DNA from: Candidatus Dojkabacteria bacterium
GTDB lineage: Bacteria > Patescibacteriota > Dojkabacteria > SC72 > JAFGCJ01
DNA length: 56,146 bases
NCBI GenBank assembly: GCA_016929645.1
Contig: JAFGIK010000036.1
Coordinates: 1-56,146 of the forward strand
Direction: 5' to 3'
Positions 50,242 through 56,146 of the stretch are shown here, piece by piece. Position 1 is the stretch's first letter; the number at the start of each line of letters is the position of its first letter. The position numbers and the translations under genes were made by a program. Under the pieces are notes generated by a model. That model worked only from the letters and a program-made list of their open reading frames with translations, was not told where the DNA came from and made no database searches.

Positions 50242-50841
50242 TCACTTATTTGTAGCCTTAGTTAGGTATTTATTATCCATTCCTTCAGCAAAAAGTCGAT
50301 CTAATTCGGACACATAACTTGATATAAAATCAAAATGGAAGTTTCGGATTATATTTATTTCAACATTATACATTTTGAATATCCATTTATGCGTATTACC
50401 TTTTTGCTTCAAGTCTACAAGCTCAAAAATTACTGCAGTACAATCTGCTATTTCTAATATATCTCTCTCAAGATCAGATAATTCTGGTACATCAATATCG
50501 CCATCTTTAATAAGAGCCTGCGTAGCCTTATTTTCAGCAAATTTATGTACCTGCCTAATATCCTGATCAAAATATGATTGATAAGAACGACTTCGAGAAG
50601 GTATATCACCAATTATTGCCTCACTCCAATCATGTATTAGTGCACCTGTTAACAAATTGCCAACATTGATTTCCCCTTTGAACTTAGAACACAACAACAA
50701 AACAATTGAACTAACACGAAATGAGTGACCTGCAATACTATCAAGGCTTTCTGAAGGGATTCCAGCAAAAAGATTAGGTCCAATTCTTTTAACATACTTA
50801 AGATTATTCAAACACTGTAAAACATCAAAAATTTCTTTCAT
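50242..50841 (-). CDS. YfbR-like HD-domain 5'-deoxynucleotidase
   Basis: LKYVKRIG, SIAGHSFRV, LIHDWSEAIIGDIP, AD. Confidence 0.8.
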   Translation of the reverse strand: MKEIFDVLQCLNNLKYVKRIGPNLFAGIPSESLDSIAGHSFRVSSIVLLLCSKFKGEINVGNLLTGALIHDWSEAIIGDIPSRSRSYQSYFDQDIRQVHKFAENKATQALIKDGDIDVPELSDLERDILEIADCTAVIFELVDLKQKGNTHKWIFKMYNVEINIIRNFHFDFISSYVSELDRLFAEGMDNKYLTKATNK

Positions 50842-50861
50842 AATTAGGATGGTGGATTAAA

Positions 50862-51878
50862 TTATTTGCCGCCCTTCTTCCTGAAAACAGAACAAAGAAT
50901 AAACTGTTTTTTAATGAAATTATTACACAATTGTTGCCAAAGTATAGCCAGTCGATAAAGACGTAGATAAATATCATTTAAAAAAGCAGAACTTGTAATA
51001 AATTTTTTAACATCTTTTTTAAATACAGATTCTGAATAAATGAAATTTTCATCTTTATCAAAAAAAGGCTTTCTTGTAACATCAATTCTCTCTGGACTAT
51101 CAATTATGGTCCCACTGTTATACTCTCGAAAATCAACAAAATTAACATCAAACCCATACTTTTGCGCCATAATTTTCATAGAATTTTCAGAAAACCACCA
51201 TAAATGAACAGGAGGCAAATCAGTATCCCAAATGACATTAACACCAAACAACGACTTGTTTGGTGTTGTCAAAATCAATCTTCCACCAGGATTAAGCATC
51301 TTTTGAAAAGCATTCATGAAAGCATCAGGATGTTCAAGATGCTCAATCAGCTCTGTAGCAATTATAACGTCATACTTTTTACTTGATGTTTCACTTAGTT
51401 TTAATACATCTGCTACTTCATATAGATCTCCAAAAGACTCTTTTGCTAGTCTAATTGCATTCTCAGATATATCAACGCCCCTTATATTAAAACCTTTTTT
51501 GCTAATAGCGTAAGTCAGATAACCCTGTCCACAACCTACCTCTAAAATTTTAAGGCTCTTATCTTTAATTTCATTAAGAACATTATAAATTGCCCAATAC
51601 GTTTCTTCTCTTTCTGATAAATATCCAAGAGGATCATCACTTTTTTTAATATTTTTTTTATACTCCGCATATCTATCGTAGCCAGGAACTTTATCAAGGT
51701 TAGAATATATTAAGTTATAAACGTTTTCATCGCTTTTAAGGGGATCAACAAACGAGGTATTACAAAATCCACAAGAATATATGTCAAATACAAGATTATC
51801 CTTATACCCTATCACACCTTTCTGCATAAGCCTAGCTTTATTGCCACAAATAGGACAAATAATTGTTTGCGCAACCAT
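50862..51878 (-). CDS. class I SAM-dependent methyltransferase with N-terminal Zn ribbon
   Basis: CPIC...CGFC; LEVGCGQG, GVDIS, ELIEHLEHP, LNPGG..LTTPN, PPVHLWWFS. Confidence 0.88.
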   Translation of the reverse strand: MVAQTIICPICGNKARLMQKGVIGYKDNLVFDIYSCGFCNTSFVDPLKSDENVYNLIYSNLDKVPGYDRYAEYKKNIKKSDDPLGYLSEREETYWAIYNVLNEIKDKSLKILEVGCGQGYLTYAISKKGFNIRGVDISENAIRLAKESFGDLYEVADVLKLSETSSKKYDVIIATELIEHLEHPDAFMNAFQKMLNPGGRLILTTPNKSLFGVNVIWDTDLPPVHLWWFSENSMKIMAQKYGFDVNFVDFREYNSGTIIDSPERIDVTRKPFFDKDENFIYSESVFKKDVKKFITSSAFLNDIYLRLYRLAILWQQLCNNFIKKQFILCSVFRKKGGK

Positions 51879-52025
51879 TAAAAATCAATACAAATATAAT
51901 TAATATCGATGATTATACATCATTAAAGGGAGACTTACAGATAAATACACTTATTCTAACCAAACACCCAAAACCGAAAATTCCTTTATTTTTGATCCTA
52001 AAACATCAGTAAAAAAGTATTGATT

Positions 52026-52508
52026 TCACGATATTCTTTTAAACAGCAACGTCTGTCTATTTTTAAACTCGGATTTATCATAAAATATTAACGCCATTTC
52101 ATTATAGCTTGAACACTGCAACTCGACCCATTCAAGACCCTTTTCTTTAAAGAAATTCTCAACACTCTCCATAAGTTTGGTACCGATGCCTTTCCTTCGA
52201 TATTTTCCACTCACATATAACTCAATAATAGAGCCAAATTTCTTAATGTTTGTATCAAAATAATCAGCCTCCTCTGTCTTAAAAGTAATAAACCCCGCAT
52301 ATTCACCATCTAGCAAAGCAACCAGAATATACGGGTCATTCTTTTCAATAGATTTTGTAAGATATTCACGAAATTTATTCGTTAAATCCTCAGAATTCGT
52401 CACATAATAATCAGAATCTAAATCGTGATGATATTTGTACTGTTCCTCCCACAAAGGAATTAATCTATCTAAATCTTTAATTTCAGGCTTAATAATCCTT
52501 ATTTGCAT
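52026..52508 (-). CDS. GNAT acetyltransferase
   Basis: LYVSGKYRRKGIGTKLM motif A, N..AL.FY. Confidence 0.92.
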   Translation of the reverse strand: MQIRIIKPEIKDLDRLIPLWEEQYKYHHDLDSDYYVTNSEDLTNKFREYLTKSIEKNDPYILVALLDGEYAGFITFKTEEADYFDTNIKKFGSIIELYVSGKYRRKGIGTKLMESVENFFKEKGLEWVELQCSSYNEMALIFYDKSEFKNRQTLLFKRIS

Positions 52509-52753
52509 AAATCAGAAAATATAAATTTATATTCAAGATTATACAATAATCAGGGTTTATTAGTTCACCTAATTTATATAGTTATAATAAGATGATAGAG
52601 GTTGGAGATGTGGAAGTTTTTCAATCACAAGCTAGCCTGCTTGGGAAGCCTAATCTCACTTAACAATAGGACCGACCCACAACAATCAAGCTTCTATTGT
52701 CGATAAGCTTGCAATACTTGAGCTTTTATTGCGGTACATGGTATAATCTGGAC

Positions 52754-53899
52754 ATGAAAATCAAAAGAATAATAACAGAACAGTTAAAGAATAGTGTCCT
52801 CTCATCAGGGAAGATTGTAATATTATACGGCGCAAGACAAGTAGGAAAAACAACTTTAGTAAAGGACATTTCTGAGAGTTTGAACTTAAATTCACTATAC
52901 ATTTCTGCTGATGAATCAGATTTAGCTGAAATATTTTCTTCACAAAGCCTTCAGAAGATGAAAGAAATTGTTGGAAATAAGGAACTGTTGATAATAGACG
53001 AAGCCCAAAGGATAGAAAACATAGGAATTAATCTAAAAATACTACATGACAACCTTAAATATCTTAAAATAATCGTCACCGGTTCCTCCTCTCTTGACTT
53101 AGCCAATAAAATTAGCGAACCACTTACAGGAAGGACTCGTACATATCACCTGTACCCTATTTCAGTGCTTGAGTTACAACACTCAAACACAGATCACGAA
53201 ATAAAATCGAGTTTAGAAAATCTATTAATTTACGGAATGTACCCTGAAATAGTGCAATACGAGTCTTTAGAAGAAAAAAAGCAGCAAATTGAAGAGATAG
53301 AAAAACAGTATCTCTACAAAGACGCGTTGGAAATAACAAATATCAAATATTCAAAAAAACTAAAATACTTGATGAAATTACTTTCTTTCCAGATTGGTTC
53401 AGAAGTATCTATAAACGAAATATCTACACAACTCGGAATTTCTCGAGATACAATAAATGATTATATCGATTTGCTTGAGAAAAATTTCATATTATTCAGG
53501 TTAGGGGGGTTTAGTCGCAATAGCAGAAAGGAAATAACAAAAAACGATAAAATCTATTTTTACGATTTGGGAATTAGAAATGCTGTAATCGGCAATTTTC
53601 ACAGGATTGAAGATCGCAATGACATCGGACAGCTGTGGGAAAATTTCTTAATAATTGAAAGACTCAAACTTTTAAAGTATTCAAAAGCTTCTTTTACTCA
53701 GTATTTCTGGAGACTTTGGTCTGGAGCGGAACTTGACTACGTTGAAGAGCTGAACAGCGAACTATACGGTTATGAGTTTAAATTTCGCAAGGATAAATTC
53801 AAAGTTCCAAAGTCATGGCAAGAAAAGTACAACACTTCCGCAAAGTTGATAAACAAAGAAAATTTTATTGAGTTTTTAAGACTGAAAGAAAGTTTTTAA
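52754..53899 (+). CDS. AAA_14 ATPase with DUF4143 C-terminal domain
   Basis: GARQVGKT, IDEAQ, VTGSS, LTGR, KIYFYDLG, WEN, ELDYV..YEFK; extended -10 TGGTATAAT just upstream of ATG 52754. Confidence 0.9.
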   Translation: MKIKRIITEQLKNSVLSSGKIVILYGARQVGKTTLVKDISESLNLNSLYISADESDLAEIFSSQSLQKMKEIVGNKELLIIDEAQRIENIGINLKILHDNLKYLKIIVTGSSSLDLANKISEPLTGRTRTYHLYPISVLELQHSNTDHEIKSSLENLLIYGMYPEIVQYESLEEKKQQIEEIEKQYLYKDALEITNIKYSKKLKYLMKLLSFQIGSEVSINEISTQLGISRDTINDYIDLLEKNFILFRLGGFSRNSRKEITKNDKIYFYDLGIRNAVIGNFHRIEDRNDIGQLWENFLIIERLKLLKYSKASFTQYFWRLWSGAELDYVEELNSELYGYEFKFRKDKFKVPKSWQEKYNTSAKLINKENFIEFLRLKESF

Positions 53900-53982
53900 C
53901 TGGAGACAGCAGGTTGAATCTCGAACACTCGGAGAGGCTGGAGGTGTGGAGGTTTCTATTTGATAAGTGAGAATATTCGACC

Positions 53983-55116
53983 TTAAGACCAAGGTCCCCA
54001 TGAATCAATAGGTTCTTCAATCACAGCTACCTCTGGAATTTGATACATTCCCGGTTTAATTAAGTGTTGATTACATATGTAGTAATAAGGAACTTTTACT
54101 CGCTCAAAGATAGGTTCATGGCATTTCTTGTATTTCTTTCCGCTATTACAAGGACATTGATCATTCCTACCTGTTTCTTTTAGTTTTTCTATCAAGTAAG
54201 GTTGATTAAGTAAAAAATATGCAGCAGTATCGAAAGAATCGAAGAATACTTCCTTCTTTTTAATAAACCCCGAATGATCTCCTGATGTATGCCCAATATA
54301 TATTTGAGAAGGAGACTCAAATTGATATTCAGAGAGAAGACTTTCTAGATAGTCCTTTTGTGAACAAATAGCTTTTTTGTATGAGTTATTGATAATGACA
54401 TTATTAATCAAGGAAATATCTCAGTTAGACAGAGAGTTTAAAATTTCCTCTTCAAGAATGAAACTATCTGTAGAATGCCAATACGCCACATAAAATGATG
54501 ATGATAAAGGAATAAGTATCAAAGTATCCTTCAAACCCATATGACGATTGGAGATATTCATAAATTGGCATTTGATCTTTAACCCAGCCGTAGAAATGAA
54601 TTGGTCGCTCAATAAAAAGTTTTTCACGCTTTCAATAAGTGCAAATTTATAACCATTTTTAATGGTATCCGCCAGTAACTTAATATAATGCTCATTGAGA
54701 ATTTTTTTCGATAGAAGAGGAATTTTATCTTCCTTTTGAATACTAGAAAATTCTGTCAAAAGGGCACCGCTTCGATAATAGAAAAGGAGAAAAATAGGAA
54801 GTAAAGATTCAATTTCTACCTTGTTTTCTTCAATATCATCAACTGTACCATTCTTAAATTGTTCAATCTTTTTTATAACCTCTTTGAGTTTTGGCGCTGC
54901 TTCTGTTTCAATTTTGGAAAAGAAGTTTTCTACAGTATTAGTCTTTAGATGATCGTCTTCATAAATAAATCGAGCACTCATTGAGCTGGGAGGAGATGTG
55001 GGATAGACAGTTTTTTTATTTAGAAGTGTTTCAAAAAATTTGTCATCAGAATTTACAAAATTCCATAGAACAAACTCAGGAATATAACGTTGATTTTTAA
55101 CAATATTTTGACTCAT
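53983..55116 (-). pseudogene. DUF4238-like protein with C-terminal SEC-C motif, interrupted by an in-frame TGA at 54421-54423
   Basis: Track ORFs 54421-55116 and 53983-54411 are in frame (LNSLSN*DISLINNVII); N-terminal Q-R-YIPEFVL (HxVP motif altered), FLLSD, LIPLSS; GRNDQCPCNSGKKYKKCH. Confidence 0.65.
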
Positions 55117-55234
55117 CTACATGTTAAACTAAATCATTACAACAAAGAGGGTATTAGCTCTTTCGGTCCGCTCAGCTTTTCTTTTAACAATCCTTTAGGA
55201 GACTACCCTCGGAGAATTCTTTTAATCACAATTC

Positions 55235-55450
55235 TTAATCCTCATCATCAGGCGTAAATCCTTTTCGAACTTCATTTTTTAAATCTACAGACGGTTCGTC
55301 ATTAGCTGTTTCAGGGGATGGAACATTATCTTCCCCTAAATTAATTTCATTTGTAAGCTCTGAATCTTGTGGTTCAGTCGCCTCTTGGGGATCTGGGGTA
55401 CTATCGTTAGAGTTCGTTATCACTTTATTAGAATCATCATTATTACCCAT
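55235..55450 (-). CDS. small acidic disordered protein
   Basis: 71-aa D/E/N/P-rich ORF starting 5 nt after the upstream stop. Confidence 0.5.
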   Translation of the reverse strand: MGNNDDSNKVITNSNDSTPDPQEATEPQDSELTNEINLGEDNVPSPETANDEPSVDLKNEVRKGFTPDDED

Positions 55451-55455
55451 TACTT

Positions 55456-55992
55456 CTAAAATTTAAAATTTAAATCGATAACAGGGATCTCATACATCTC
55501 TAAAACAATGTGGATCAATAAAATTATAATTGCAGCTACCAACAACCACACAGCAGTTCTAAGCCAACGATACTTTTGATTAAATAGAATATCATTCTTC
55601 TCATACGAGGCTGAAATACTCTTTATTACCTCCAGTTTCAGCCAATAAATCCCCTTCTTATAGTTCTTACTAAATGTATTAATAAGTTTTGACGGACGAG
55701 GATCATTCCTCCATATCTCTTTCTTACTCAATATAAAAACACGAAATGTATAAAAACAAGAACCTATCAGTAATAATGCCTCAACAATAACAAGATATAG
55801 GCGATCCAAAGAATCATTCTGAACAATTTGTAATAAACCTGCAAAAAGTATACCTGCAACTGCAAATACAATGCTTGATTTAGTATCAAGAGCCCCCAAT
55901 TTTTCAATCTGTTGATCCAATTTTCCTGAAACAGACTCTAATATGAAATCATACTGCTCCTTAAGATCTTTCGTATCTCCCCCTTTACTCAT
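55456..55992 (-). CDS. 3-TM membrane protein, Pycsar-effector/DUF5706-like pattern
   Basis: LDTKSSIVFAVAG helix, second TM, soluble loop, N...K..WL then final TM. Confidence 0.6.
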   Translation of the reverse strand: MSKGGDTKDLKEQYDFILESVSGKLDQQIEKLGALDTKSSIVFAVAGILFAGLLQIVQNDSLDRLYLVIVEALLLIGSCFYTFRVFILSKKEIWRNDPRPSKLINTFSKNYKKGIYWLKLEVIKSISASYEKNDILFNQKYRWLRTAVWLLVAAIIILLIHIVLEMYEIPVIDLNFKF

Positions 55993-56146
55993 TCGACAAC
56001 ATATTTTTATAAATAAATTACTACCAGATTATATCACAAGCCCTTTAATAAACTCTGACTTGTACAGGTTGGGTACATATTGCAGAAATCAAGAGAGAGA
56101 ATTGTTGACAGATAATTTATCATACATCTCCATTGGTGTTAAGTAA

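Noticed and set aside
54421-54423. Stop-codon reassignment (TGA=Gly, code 25, or TAG recoding) to explain the two in-frame stops
   Set aside because: Long conserved genes (leuS, argS, mreB) have no internal TGA/TAG, and both codons end genes at expected positions (nusG TAG, aspartyl protease TGA); isolated nonsense changes or errors are more likely
55149-55215. Relatively GC-rich intergenic stretch as a possible riboswitch or ncRNA
   Set aside because: No convincing stem set or known motif could be established by eye

Overview
AT-rich bacterial chromosomal segment, very likely a Patescibacteria/CPR genome (possibly Dojkabacteria; inferred from gene content, expanded TrmB paralogues, split comEC and short leaders), standard code 11. 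Left to right: HelD-like helicase; rpmG-tRNA-Trp-secE-nusG-rplK-rplA-rplJ-rplL (not followed by rpoB); a 7-kb peptide-ligase cluster (7TM protein, four tandem ATP-grasp enzymes, convergent DUF1704/MATCAP-type metallocarboxypeptidase); TagA-like glycosyltransferase, mreB, PEGA protein, tlyA, tRNA-Arg(CCT); accessory secreted/membrane genes; tRNA-Pro with a duplicated 3' end; three tRNA-Arg genes (TCT, GCG, TCG) directly upstream of an arginyl-tRNA synthetase carrying an N-terminal B3/B4 (CtdA-like) editing domain; comEA/comEC (comEC has an in-frame TAG); leuS; TrmB-linked cassettes and an accessory island at the right end. The strongest candidates for undescribed biology are the putative editing ArgRS with its tRNA-Arg cluster and the multi-ATP-grasp/carboxypeptidase cluster. 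All family assignments are from motif recognition by eye; no searches were run.
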